From assembly GCA_963675595.2 (NCBI GenBank), contig CAXXLZ010000002.1, forward strand, positions 1,952,001-2,016,000: 64,000 nt of DNA, given 5' to 3'. The DNA comes from Thermodesulfobacteriota bacterium (lineage in GTDB: Bacteria; Desulfobacterota; Desulfarculia; JACQYL01). Below, piece by piece: positions 10,112-19,748 of this stretch; position 1 is the stretch's first letter; each line of letters starts with the position of its first letter. The position numbers were made by a program, and so were the translations under genes. Below the pieces are notes generated by a model. It saw only the letters and a list, made by a program, of their open reading frames with translations. It was not told the origin of the DNA and did not search any database.

Positions 10112-10891
10112 ATGAGCTTTTTTTCCGACTACGAATCCTGTATCGCGTACGACCAATACTACAACACACCTAAAGGTCGGCAATGGCTTGACGCTGAGAT
10201 GGGGCTCCTCAACCGGCTCCTGACCCCCGATCCTCGCGACGTTATCCTTGACGTGGGGTGCGGCCCCGGAAGGCATTTGATCGAGTTCCGTGCATCGGGG
10301 ATTCGTTGCGCCGGTATCGACGCTTCCCCCCATATGGTTGAATTGGCCCAAAAACGTCTAGGCCCCTTCGTTCCCATCGAGTCCGGGTCCGCCGAATCCC
10401 TTCCTTTCGAAGATGGGCGTTTCGACATTGTGTTGCTCGTCAAAACTCTGGAGTTTGTCGACGACCCGATCAAGGCTCTTCACGAAGCTCGCAGGGTGGC
10501 GAGGAAAGCCGTGTTCGTGGAAGAGGTAAACGCCTTTTCACCCGTCGGCCTCAAGCATGCCTTCGGTGGAATGCCCTGCGTGCCCTTTCTTAGAAAGGCC
10601 CACCTTTTCGACCTCTGGTCACTTAAGCGAATGGTTGGGGACTCCATCCCCGATGTGCGGGTTACATGGGCTTCGACCCGAATGGAAGGGATTTTCGGTT
10701 CCAAAAGGAACGTACCGGGCCCCATCTCCTCGAACCCTTTCGGCGACTTGGTAGGCCTTCGCGCAGACTTGGCGCAAAAAGCCGCGGTTCGGTCCTCGGC
10801 AATCTCCCGTCTCAACTATGCCTTTCCGGCATTCAAACCCGGAGCGACGAGACAATGTTATGAGAGAGGCACTCCTTTACAGCACGGTTGA
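10112..10891 (+). CDS. Class I SAM-dependent methyltransferase
   Basis: ILDVGCGPG, GIDAS, AESLPFEDGRFD. Confidence 0.88.
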   Translation: MSFFSDYESCIAYDQYYNTPKGRQWLDAEMGLLNRLLTPDPRDVILDVGCGPGRHLIEFRASGIRCAGIDASPHMVELAQKRLGPFVPIESGSAESLPFEDGRFDIVLLVKTLEFVDDPIKALHEARRVARKAVFVEEVNAFSPVGLKHAFGGMPCVPFLRKAHLFDLWSLKRMVGDSIPDVRVTWASTRMEGIFGSKRNVPGPISSNPFGDLVGLRADLAQKAAVRSSAISRLNYAFPAFKPGATRQCYERGTPLQHG

Positions 10892-11885
10892 TGACAAGAA
10901 AGTGAAATGCGCCCTCTGCGCCCATCGATGCGTGATACAGGACGGGTCCAAAGGGATCTGCGGGGTGCGCGAAAATCGCGACGGCGTTCTGTTTTCTCTG
11001 GTTTACCGGAAACTGATCGCTCAACACGTGGACCCGATCGAGAAGAAGCCGTTGTTCCATGTCTTGCCCGGCTCGCTCTCCTACTCCATCGCCACCGTGG
11101 GATGCAACTTCAAATGCCTTTTCTGTCAGAATGCGGACATTTCTCAAGCGCCCTCGGATCAAGGGAGAATCATGGGGCATGACGTCGCCCCGGAAGCCAT
11201 TGTGCGGGATGCACTGGATTCCGGATGTCGCTCCATCGCCTACACGTATACCGAACCCACCATTTATTTCGAATACGCCCTTGAAACGGCCCGACTTGCG
11301 GCTTCCGCCGATCTCCTCAACATATTCGTCAGCAACGGCTATATGACCCCCGAGTGCCTGGATATGATCGGTAACACTCTGCACGCGGCCAATGTGGACC
11401 TGAAGGCTTTTCGTGACCGGTTTTACAAAGAGCAGTGCAAAGCACGTCTTCAACCGGTTCTGGACACCCTCACGAAAATGAAGAAGATGGGGATCTGGGT
11501 GGAGGTCACCACATTATTGATTCCCGGACAGAACGATTCCGAAGAGGAACTAAGAGACATCGCCGGGTTCCTGGTGGGAATCGGTCCCGAGACGCCCTGG
11601 CACATAAGCCGTTTCTACCCTAGGTACCGGTACACCTCGGGCGCTCCCACTTCTCCTCTCTCCATTCAAAAAGCCAGGGAGATCGGTCTGGAGGAAGGAC
11701 TCAGGTACGTATACAGCGGAAACCTGCCCGGAGACTCCGGAGAGAACAGCTACTGCCCCGCCTGCGGAAAGACCATCGTCCAACGAGGAGGCTACCACGT
11801 TTCAGGGGTCGAGGTGACGGATCGGACCTGCCGATTCTGCGGGGAGCCGGTCGAGGGGATTTTCAGCCTCCCTTCCGGGGCTTGA
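10860..11885 (+). CDS. amrS: AmmeMemoRadiSam system radical SAM enzyme
   Basis: CALCAHRC, VDPIEKKPLFH, CNFKCLFCQN, YTYTEP, C-terminal CPAC/CRFC. Confidence 0.92.
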   Translation: MREALLYSTVDDKKVKCALCAHRCVIQDGSKGICGVRENRDGVLFSLVYRKLIAQHVDPIEKKPLFHVLPGSLSYSIATVGCNFKCLFCQNADISQAPSDQGRIMGHDVAPEAIVRDALDSGCRSIAYTYTEPTIYFEYALETARLAASADLLNIFVSNGYMTPECLDMIGNTLHAANVDLKAFRDRFYKEQCKARLQPVLDTLTKMKKMGIWVEVTTLLIPGQNDSEEELRDIAGFLVGIGPETPWHISRFYPRYRYTSGAPTSPLSIQKAREIGLEEGLRYVYSGNLPGDSGENSYCPACGKTIVQRGGYHVSGVEVTDRTCRFCGEPVEGIFSLPSGA

Positions 11886-12094
11886 TCCAAACGCGCCCGG
11901 AAACCGGACACCTCGGACCCAACCGTGAAGGAACGTGGAAACACCTATTATGGGAAGGAATGACCCACCGGAGTCCGGATCCGGCTCATCCATCGCGCCC
12001 GGGGTAGGATATTGCTTCCGGTTCGAGGACCTACCAATGCCGGCTTGGGTGTGAAGACAGGGAGGGCCGACCGTTCCTCCCCGTCCAAAAATAC

Positions 12095-12700
12095 TTAGAC
12101 CAGTCCCGCCACCAACTTCTCCGCCTTGTCCATGTCGACACGCCCGGTGTTGATCACCAGGTCGTAGAGCAGCGAAGAGTCGTGGTCCTCTTCGGCGAAG
12201 CAGTTCAGGAAGAGGTTTCTCTGCCTGTCTTCCCTGGTTACCGCCTGGGCCGCCACACGCTCACTCACCTTATACTTATCGATGAGAAACTGCTCTCGAT
12301 GTTTACGATCGGCCACCAGCAAGATGTGGTGAGTATCGGGATAGTTCTGGAGGATGTACTGTCCCCCCCTCCCAAGAATGATGACCTTTCCTTCTTTATG
12401 CAATTCCACGACCACATCGCGAACCACATGCACGTAGCGTTCCGCGTCGATGTAACCTCGTTCCTCGGTAACGATCCGATCGATGAATTTCCGGCTGATC
12501 ATGGAGTCCAGAAACTTCATCAGCTTGGACCCTCCGGATTTCTCGAAAGAGAGGACGCCTTCCGGGGAAACCTTGGCTTTTTCCGCTACCTGTTCCAGCA
12601 TGTCCTCGTCGACCAGTTTATATCCGAGCCTCTCGGACAGCCTCTGTCCCAGCGTTCTACCTCCCGCTCCGAACTGTCGACTAATGGTAATAACCGCCAT
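12095..12700 (-). CDS. Cytidylate kinase-like family protein
   Basis: VITISRQFGAGG, ILGRGG, YDLVINT; GGAGG RBS before ATG at 12700. Confidence 0.85.
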   Translation of the reverse strand: MAVITISRQFGAGGRTLGQRLSERLGYKLVDEDMLEQVAEKAKVSPEGVLSFEKSGGSKLMKFLDSMISRKFIDRIVTEERGYIDAERYVHVVRDVVVELHKEGKVIILGRGGQYILQNYPDTHHILLVADRKHREQFLIDKYKVSERVAAQAVTREDRQRNLFLNCFAEEDHDSSLLYDLVINTGRVDMDKAEKLVAGLV

Positions 12701-13021
12701 ATGCACCTCCGTCTTGAAGAACCCTGAAACCTCGGGATTTTTGCATCACAGAAATCCGAACCTTTTTATGTATGATTCTAACAGAAAGGGGGTTGCGGTT
12801 GGAATTGTTTTCTCGTCATGGACGCACCTTGCGAGTTGTTTCACCAATGGGAAGCCGGCTCGGTTGAATCCCGGTTCATTGTGTCGATCTATCGGCCGGC
12901 GAATTTTGTAGCCGGAGGAAATCGATACACGCCGGATCGACGGCCTATTGACAAATTATTGACTATATACAATTGCTAAGTAGAAAGGTGCCCGTCTTGT
13001 CTTTCCTCCTGTTTTTTTCTA

Positions 13022-13050
13022 TTGATTCCATCCTTACGATAGTGTACTAT
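13022..13050 (+). promoter_or_regulatory. Putative sigma70 promoter TTGATT-N17-TACTAT for the 13082 gene
   Basis: Consensus-like hexamers with 17-bp spacing in an AT-rich intergenic region, upstream of a GAGGT RBS. Confidence 0.4.
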
Positions 13051-13081
13051 TCGCACAATCTGGAAAAAGCGAGGTGTATGA

Positions 13082-13789
13082 ATGAAGAAAATGGTACTTG
13101 GTGTTGCTCTTCTGTGTCTGCTCACCGCGAGTACTGCGATGTCAAGTTTCCCACCGGTTCCAACCGATGCCGAAGTTTACCCCGTGGAACACTTCTACAA
13201 TATTGCGTTGATGTATTCCTGGGCCGAAGGCGGAGAGCTTTTCGTTCATTTCAAGCTGCTGTGCGATCGGTTCTATGTGTGTAACAAGGGATTCCGTCTT
13301 ATCCAGAACGGCTCCGAATTTTCCGATCTTTCCCTGATCACCGAATCGGGAACGAGCTTCTGTGGAGAAATGACCGACAGTCAGACGTTTAAACTCCAGG
13401 ACCTTTCCGGCCTGTTCAGCGCCTCTGATCCCTTTATTGTCGAGTTCAGCGCCAATGATATTTACCAACTCAGCATTACTCCGTCCGCAAGCTCGGCCCT
13501 TTTGCCTCAGAGCGGAATATGGAAAGATACCGCCTGCACGGTGAGCTTCTACCTACAAAAGTACAGCACCAACTCCGCCGCCATAGTAGCCACCACCAAC
13601 GGTCTCAACAATGTCATCTTCCTGGATTCCGACTATACCGACGGACTTTATATTTCCAATGATTTAGGCAACCAAGGATATTCCTTCCGATTGGTTCTCA
13701 AGGACCGCACCAACGGCACCCTGATCGCGGACCTGCCGGGCGGGCGCGTCCTTGCCAACGTCACCGTAGTCTACTCCGTGGTCCAGTAA
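13082..13789 (+). CDS. Secreted hypothetical protein
   Basis: Signal peptide MKKMVLGVALLCLLTASTAMS, RBS GAGGTG, followed by a terminator. Confidence 0.75.
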   Translation: MKKMVLGVALLCLLTASTAMSSFPPVPTDAEVYPVEHFYNIALMYSWAEGGELFVHFKLLCDRFYVCNKGFRLIQNGSEFSDLSLITESGTSFCGEMTDSQTFKLQDLSGLFSASDPFIVEFSANDIYQLSITPSASSALLPQSGIWKDTACTVSFYLQKYSTNSAAIVATTNGLNNVIFLDSDYTDGLYISNDLGNQGYSFRLVLKDRTNGTLIADLPGGRVLANVTVVYSVVQ

Positions 13790-13818
13790 GTATCGAACTG
13801 CGCCCATAGGTTAGACAA

Positions 13819-13856
13819 GCCGCGTTCCCCGCGCACCATGGGAACGCGGTTTTTTT
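13819..13856 (+). terminator. Intrinsic terminator
   Basis: GCCGCGTTCCC/GGGAACGCGGT stem followed by a T-tract. Confidence 0.8.
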
Positions 13857-14041
13857 GTCAGGTCCTTTCCTTGGCGAGACTTAGGCCATCCCGACATAAC
13901 TAGAAGAGACCCCGAGGCGCCGACTCCGGCTCTCCTTGAAAGCACGCTTCCCCGGACGGGCTGAACGAATAACCCCTCTGGTTTTTCGCCAACCCAGGAG
14001 TCGGCCTCTTTACCCACAGCCGACACTCACTACACCTCTCC

Positions 14042-14704
14042 TCATCGCCCACAGCACGCCTTGTACTTCCTGCCACTGCCGCACGGACAAAGATCGTTAC
14101 GTCCGATCCCGGAGAATTTCCCTTTCTTCGGAGACGATTTTGCTATTCCCAGGACCGAATTGTGACAAAGCCCGAACCACAGCAGAAACGGCGGCAGAAT
14201 CAACCCCATATGACCGTTGAAACGCTCCGCCTCCCTTAGAAAGGTTCTGAAGGCCTCTCCGTACGGGACGGACTGCGGCGCCGCGCCTGTAAGGGTGCTC
14301 ACGTATGCAAGGTCGAAAAAGCTCTGGAAGATGTGAATCACAAAGAGTACTCCAACCGCAGTAAGACATTTTCCGACCTTCCCCCGTATGGTTTCCCCCG
14401 GCGTGGCCGCAATCAAAGCCGTTCCGAACACGAGATTCATGTAGGAATAATACACGTTGTACGGGGAAATATAGATCTCGGGGCTTTCCTGAAACAGAAA
14501 CGCCGCAACCGATTCGTGCGGCTTCACGAGCACCTTCACGAGATGCTCGTTGCTCGCTAAAAGGAGTCCTTTTGACAGGGACAAGACCAGGGAGGAGTAG
14601 ATCGGGAAGAGGATCGAATACAGAATGAATCCTCCAGCCAAGAACAGGATAAGAGCCCCGAAGAATTTAAGGAAAAGCTTTTTCTTATCCAGGTCGGCGC
14701 ACAT
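14042..14704 (-). CDS. Exosortase-associated membrane protein with C-terminal SEC-C metal-binding motif
   Basis: About 4 TM segments with ALIAATP and LPPFLLW; C-terminus GRNDLCPCGSGRKYKACC; overlaps the exosortase stop. Confidence 0.75.
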   Translation of the reverse strand: MCADLDKKKLFLKFFGALILFLAGGFILYSILFPIYSSLVLSLSKGLLLASNEHLVKVLVKPHESVAAFLFQESPEIYISPYNVYYSYMNLVFGTALIAATPGETIRGKVGKCLTAVGVLFVIHIFQSFFDLAYVSTLTGAAPQSVPYGEAFRTFLREAERFNGHMGLILPPFLLWFGLCHNSVLGIAKSSPKKGKFSGIGRNDLCPCGSGRKYKACCGR

Positions 14705-15188
14705 ACAAAAACAACCACCCCGCAAAAAGACCGAAGGTAAACAGGACCATCAGGCCCTGGAACACATAGGCGTGCATGAACTGAAAATACGTGGGTGCGT
14801 GGAGCTTGGTCAAAGCCAGCAACACAATTCTGAAATAGTTGACCACCAGAATCACGGGAATCGCAACGAGCAGGCCTATCGCCTTTTCCCGCATTCCGGC
14901 CGGAAAAGGTACAATTGCGGCGACAATCAATATGATGGAAGTGATCCCGTCACAACCCCGAGTGATTTCGAAAACGAAAGAGGGATGTTTCAACAGGTTT
15001 CCATCCCATGAGAAGCCCTCATAGAAAAGGCTGAGGAGACCGTAGACCGCCCGTGTCAGTACGGAGAAATAGGGCAGCAGCGCATCGTAGCTGGAAACGA
15101 AGAGGGCGTAGAGACCGGCAAACAAGAGCAGAAAAAAAACGATATACCTGGGAATGCGAAATCCGGATTGAGGAACGTTTGAAGGCAC
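14685..15188 (-). CDS. Exosortase/archaeosortase family protein (XrtH-like, short form)
   Basis: Catalytic Cys (FEITRGCDG), Arg (VNYFRI) and His (FMHAY) in a 167-aa multi-TM protein. Confidence 0.85.
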   Translation of the reverse strand: MPSNVPQSGFRIPRYIVFFLLLFAGLYALFVSSYDALLPYFSVLTRAVYGLLSLFYEGFSWDGNLLKHPSFVFEITRGCDGITSIILIVAAIVPFPAGMREKAIGLLVAIPVILVVNYFRIVLLALTKLHAPTYFQFMHAYVFQGLMVLFTFGLFAGWLFLYVRRPG

Positions 15189-15208
15189 GAGATCTTTTTG
15201 AATCGGTG

Positions 15209-15250
15209 AAAAAGAGAAAGGCGACGGGATTCAATCAATCCCGCGCCTTC
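15209..15250 (-). terminator. Intrinsic terminator/attenuator between the substrate gene and the exosortase
   Basis: Minus strand AAGGCGCGGGATT-loop-AATCCCGTCGCCTT followed by TCTCTTTTT. Confidence 0.65.
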
Positions 15251-15291
15251 CTCGTTAGGTTTCCATCTTACGCTTTACGCGGCGCTGCTTA

Positions 15292-16470
15292 TCAACCGTG
15301 CATTCTGCGACGTCTAAGGTAGAGAGCGGTCGCAAGAACCATGAGCAATGCCGTAATCGCGATACCCAGCTCGGTCATCCCGGGGACGGGCTCATAGGGC
15401 GGAATCACGATATCACGGCTGACACACGCGGTGCAGTTGCCCGGTACGACCCCGCTGAATTCAAGGGAGGTGACAATCACGGAGTTACACAGGGTAGCAC
15501 CCTCGGCGATGGAATCCACCGAGATCATGTAGGTGAGCACCAAGCTGCCGCCGGCCGGCACGTTGTATCCGCTCCAGGTCATGTTCTGGCCGGAAATGAT
15601 CGGTTCGCCGATGTTGGCGCTGCTCGCCACATAGGAAAGACCGCTGTCCAGCGTATCCTGAATCTGTACCGTGGTATCGGAGGCTCCGCTGTTGGTCACG
15701 GTTACCGTGGCGGTTACCACATCTCCGGGTTCCACCTTCGTCGCGTTGATGCTCTTGGAGCAGGAAAGCGCGGGAGGAGCGGGAGGCGTCACCTGAGCGC
15801 CGGCGAGGTCCTCACCGGGACCGTCGAACTGCGCATTGGCGAAGAGCTGAATCCCCCAAGCACCGACATAGCTGAAACCGGAAGTGGAAAGGCCGTGAAT
15901 GGTCAGGCTGAAGCTGTTGGTCAAAGTGGACGCGTCGATGTTGCTGGGCGTCACGGAAAGACCGGCTCCGCCGGAGATGATGGACACGTTGTTACCACCG
16001 GTGACGGCGGGACGATATTCCACGGTCACCAGTCCCACGCCGCCCGGGCATCCCGGATCGGAGGCGCTTGACGAGCCGGGCTGGCAAATGGTGATTCGGT
16101 AAGATTCGGATTCGGCGGCCGCCGTGTCCGGAGCGTCCTGGTAGGGGCATCCGTCGCCCTCACCGCAATCCGACATGGGATCCGTGTCCGAGCACAGGGT
16201 AGGGTCTATCAAAGAGCTGAATCCCACACTCTGGTTGCCGTTTCCCACGATGCCGTTCACCGTCATGTTCACGGAAATCGCATCGTTGGTGTCGCTCGCG
16301 ATACCGGACGCGGACAAGATATCGAAGCCGTTGGAGAACGTACAATCCGACGTCGCCGTGTCCTCTGCGTTATCGGTCAGGCTGTACGAATAGTCCTGCA
16401 CGCACCATGCCGCCGAGCCATACAAAGCGAAGGCCGCCATCAAAAATATTACAAACCAAACCTTCCTCAT
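15292..16470 (-). CDS. Secreted Cys-rich surface protein with DUF11-like domain and C-terminal sorting signal (VPGM, TM, RRRR)
   Basis: N-terminal signal peptide; SKSINATKVEPGDVVTATVTVTNSG...DTLDSGLSYV (DUF11-like); ends EPVPGMTELGIAITALLMVLATALYLRRRRMHG. Confidence 0.85.
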   Translation of the reverse strand: MRKVWFVIFLMAAFALYGSAAWCVQDYSYSLTDNAEDTATSDCTFSNGFDILSASGIASDTNDAISVNMTVNGIVGNGNQSVGFSSLIDPTLCSDTDPMSDCGEGDGCPYQDAPDTAAAESESYRITICQPGSSSASDPGCPGGVGLVTVEYRPAVTGGNNVSIISGGAGLSVTPSNIDASTLTNSFSLTIHGLSTSGFSYVGAWGIQLFANAQFDGPGEDLAGAQVTPPAPPALSCSKSINATKVEPGDVVTATVTVTNSGASDTTVQIQDTLDSGLSYVASSANIGEPIISGQNMTWSGYNVPAGGSLVLTYMISVDSIAEGATLCNSVIVTSLEFSGVVPGNCTACVSRDIVIPPYEPVPGMTELGIAITALLMVLATALYLRRRRMHG

Positions 16471-16650
16471 CCCTGTTACCTCCCTTAGCGATATATTAAA
16501 CTCTTTCTCTCCTGGCGTGTTTTCTACTGTGCGATGAAAGGTTAAATCATGTTACGCGGGAAAGCAAGCGATTTCTACACGCTTACCCCTTTACCCATTC
16601 TCCTTTCCAGGGTCTCGCACTGTTGTTCCGTGCAAACTGCTCTGCCACCG

Positions 16651-18045
16651 TCACCCTGCCTTGCCTTTTCTTACCCTTTTCCCCCGGGCGCGCGTAGATT
16701 TCGTCCGTTTCCTGCCGGGTTGCTCCGCCTTCTTCTTGATCACGAGCCGAATGGGGGTATGATCAAGACGGAACGTCTCCCGGACTCGGTTCACCAAAAA
16801 CCGCCGATAGGAGAAATGCACCCCTTCCGGGTGGTTGGCGAACAGGAGAAAGCTCGGAGGACGAATTCCGGTCTGCGTCCCGTACAGAAGCCTCACCGCG
16901 TTGTTCCGGTAACGAGGCGGTGAATGTCTCAGCACGGCCTCCTGGATGGTGCGGTTGAAGTCCGGTGTGGGCACGCGGCTCGTATATTGCCGGTACAACT
17001 CCGGCACCGTATCGAAAATGCGTTCCACGCCTTTCCCCGTTTTGGCGGACACGGGAAGCACCGGTGCGTACGCCACATATTTCAGTTTGTTTTCCACATC
17101 CTCCCTGAAGCGGTTCAGATCCCGTTCGGAGCTTTCCAAAAGGTCCCACTTGTTCAGCAGGATCACCAGCGCGGTCCCACGTTCATAGGCATACCCGGCG
17201 ATTCTCACATCCTGCTCCGCTATTCCTTCCTTTGAGTCCAGCATAAGGAGACAGACATCGCTCTCCTCCATGGCTTTCAACGCCTTGATGGCGCTGTACT
17301 TCTCAAGTCGCAGGCTCACACGGGACTTTCTGCGGATCCCGGCCGTATCTTTGATCAGAAAACGAGCCCCTTTGCGTTCCACCAGACTATCAACGGTATC
17401 TCGAGTCGTACCCGGTACGTCCGTAACCAGCAGACGCTGCTCACCCAAGATGCGATTGATCAGAGACGACTTGCCCACGTTGGGACGCCCCACCACCGCC
17501 ATGGAGACGACCCGACCCTCCGGAGCCTCCCCTTCCTCCTCTGCAGGCCTTCGATCCAGCAGCAGAACCAGCGCGTCCATCATGTCGGAAACGCCGTAGC
17601 CGTGAGCGGAAGAAATTCCCAAAACTCGGTCCGCGCCCAATTCATAGAGGTCGTGCAGGAATGGTTCGTGCTCGGGTCCGTCCACCTTGTTGCCGCACAC
17701 CAAAACCGGTTTTCCGGAGCGAGTCAGCCGGCGATACAGGTCCCCGTCCACGTGGGAAAACCCCGACTTGGCGTCCACCAGGAAAAGGATGACGTCCGCT
17801 TCTTCCACCGCCAGCAAGGTTTGTTCCCGCATCTGCCGGGAGAGATCGGTTTCGGACAACGGTTCGAATCCCCCCGTGTCCACCACGGTAAAAACCTGAT
17901 CATTCCACCTGGCCGCCCCGTAGTTTCTGTCTCGAGTGACGCCGGGGGTTTCGTCCACAATGGCTTTTCCCGATCGGGTCAGCCGATTGAAAAGGGTGGA
18001 CTTTCCTACGTTGGGGCGTCCCACGATGGCAACGAGACCCGCCAT
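16651..18045 (-). CDS. der: Ribosome biogenesis GTPase Der (EngA)
   Basis: Two GRPNVGKS G-domains, GVTRD/GTTRD, DTGG/DTAG, NKVD/NKWD, KH-like C-terminus. Confidence 0.97.
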   Translation of the reverse strand: MAGLVAIVGRPNVGKSTLFNRLTRSGKAIVDETPGVTRDRNYGAARWNDQVFTVVDTGGFEPLSETDLSRQMREQTLLAVEEADVILFLVDAKSGFSHVDGDLYRRLTRSGKPVLVCGNKVDGPEHEPFLHDLYELGADRVLGISSAHGYGVSDMMDALVLLLDRRPAEEEGEAPEGRVVSMAVVGRPNVGKSSLINRILGEQRLLVTDVPGTTRDTVDSLVERKGARFLIKDTAGIRRKSRVSLRLEKYSAIKALKAMEESDVCLLMLDSKEGIAEQDVRIAGYAYERGTALVILLNKWDLLESSERDLNRFREDVENKLKYVAYAPVLPVSAKTGKGVERIFDTVPELYRQYTSRVPTPDFNRTIQEAVLRHSPPRYRNNAVRLLYGTQTGIRPPSFLLFANHPEGVHFSYRRFLVNRVRETFRLDHTPIRLVIKKKAEQPGRKRTKSTRARGKRVRKGKAG

Positions 18046-18262
18046 GGTTTCATTCACTTCCTCGAGCCTGGAGCGGGCTCGAATGTTTCAAAGTTATTTT
18101 CCGATTCATGGTCATCTTCTTCCTCATCGCAGATTTCCAAATCCACCGATGTATCCGGGGCGAAGATTCCCCCGTGCCGACCGTCTTAAACCGAAGCCGG
18201 GTTCTTGACAATCATTATGTTTCCCGTATATCGTCTTTTTTTCATTCCTGCGAGGTGACCCC

Positions 18263-18604
18263 ATGAAATTTTGGCGACTCCCTTTGGACGCCGAGCGGCA
18301 CTCGATGCCCGTGGGCCGGCTCAATATCATCGCCGATCGATGCAAAGGCTGCGGTTTCTGCATCGAATTCTGCCCCAATAGGGTGCTGGTGGAATCCAAA
18401 TCCTTTAATGTAAAAGGATACCATCCTCCCGAACCTTTGCCAAACCGCGAACTCGAGTGCGTCAACTGCAACCTGTGCCAGGTGATCTGCCCTGAATTCG
18501 CAATCTACAGCACGCTCAAGCTCTCCAAGCCGCTGACGCAAGACGACGTGGTACGATACTGCGAAATGATGAAGACCCGGAGGAAAGACTATGTCCGCGG
18601 ATGA
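18263..18604 (+). CDS. korD: 2-oxoacid:ferredoxin oxidoreductase delta subunit (2x[4Fe-4S])
   Basis: CKGCGFCIEFCP and CVNCNLCQVICPEFAI; first gene of the kor cluster. Confidence 0.85.
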   Translation: MKFWRLPLDAERHSMPVGRLNIIADRCKGCGFCIEFCPNRVLVESKSFNVKGYHPPEPLPNRELECVNCNLCQVICPEFAIYSTLKLSKPLTQDDVVRYCEMMKTRRKDYVRG

Positions 18605-19748
18605 TCCGGCCGTCCTGACGGGAGTGCATTTTCTCAACGGCGATATAGCATGCGCCGAGGGCGCCCTGGCCGCGGGATGCACGTTTTTCGCCGGCTATCC
18701 CATCACCCCGGCCACCGAAGTGGCCGAACGAATGTCCAAACGCTTGCCGCAGACCGGCGGCACCTATGTTCAAATGGAGGACGAAATCGCCTCCATGGCG
18801 GCGATTCTGGGGGCCTCCTGGGGCGGCGTCAAATCCATGACCTCCACCTCGGGACCCGGCTTTTCCCTGATGATGGAAAACATCGGGCTCGGCATGATGA
18901 CCGAAACCCCGTGTGTATTGGTGAATATCCAGCGGGCCGGACCCTCGACCGGTCTCCCCACCCTGGTCGGCCAAGCGGATGTGATGCAGTCCCGTTGGGG
19001 CTCTCACGGTGATTACGGGGTGATCGCCCTCTCCCCTTCGTCTCCGCAGGAAATGTTCGAACTGACCATCGAGGCGTTTAACCTTTCCGAGCGGTTTCGT
19101 TTGCCGGTGTTCATCCTCTCCGACGAGATCGTCGGCCACATGTTCGAACGAGTGGTCATCCCGCCGGCGGAGGAAATTCACCTCGTATCGAGGCCCAAAC
19201 CCAAAGTTCCCCCGTCGGATTGCACGCCCTACCAGGGAGACGAAGACCTGATTCCCCCCATGCCCTGTGCCGGAGAAGGATACCGTGTGCACGTCACCGG
19301 TTTGACCCATGACGAGATGGGCTATCCCCACATCGTACACACGACCCAGGAGCGCACCGTGCGTCGCCTGGTGGACAAGATACGACTCAACGCTCCTGAA
19401 ATCCTTCATGTGGAATCTCTGTTTCTCGAGGACGCGGATACGGTTCTCATCGCTTACGGATGCGTCGCCCGCAGCGCCCGAGAAGCGCTGGTACAAGCGA
19501 GAGCGGAGGGGAAGAAAGTGGGGATGCTTCGCCTGATCACGCTCTGGCCGTTTCCGTCGAATCTTGTCCGGCAATTGACCCAGACCGTGAAAACCTTCAT
19601 CGTCCCCGAAATCAACTACGGTCAAATCGCCTATGAAGTCGAGCGTTGCGCGGGAGGGAAAGCGGAGACGGTCCTCATGGGCATGATGGGAGGCACCATG
19701 CATACCCCGCAGGAAATTTTGGACGTCATTGAGGAGTTCTCACGATGA
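18591..19748 (+). CDS. korA: 2-oxoglutarate/2-oxoacid:ferredoxin oxidoreductase alpha subunit
   Basis: AGYPITPATE, QMEDEIAS, TSTSGPGFSLM, QRAGPSTGLPT. Confidence 0.92.
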   Translation: MSADDPAVLTGVHFLNGDIACAEGALAAGCTFFAGYPITPATEVAERMSKRLPQTGGTYVQMEDEIASMAAILGASWGGVKSMTSTSGPGFSLMMENIGLGMMTETPCVLVNIQRAGPSTGLPTLVGQADVMQSRWGSHGDYGVIALSPSSPQEMFELTIEAFNLSERFRLPVFILSDEIVGHMFERVVIPPAEEIHLVSRPKPKVPPSDCTPYQGDEDLIPPMPCAGEGYRVHVTGLTHDEMGYPHIVHTTQERTVRRLVDKIRLNAPEILHVESLFLEDADTVLIAYGCVARSAREALVQARAEGKKVGMLRLITLWPFPSNLVRQLTQTVKTFIVPEINYGQIAYEVERCAGGKAETVLMGMMGGTMHTPQEILDVIEEFSR

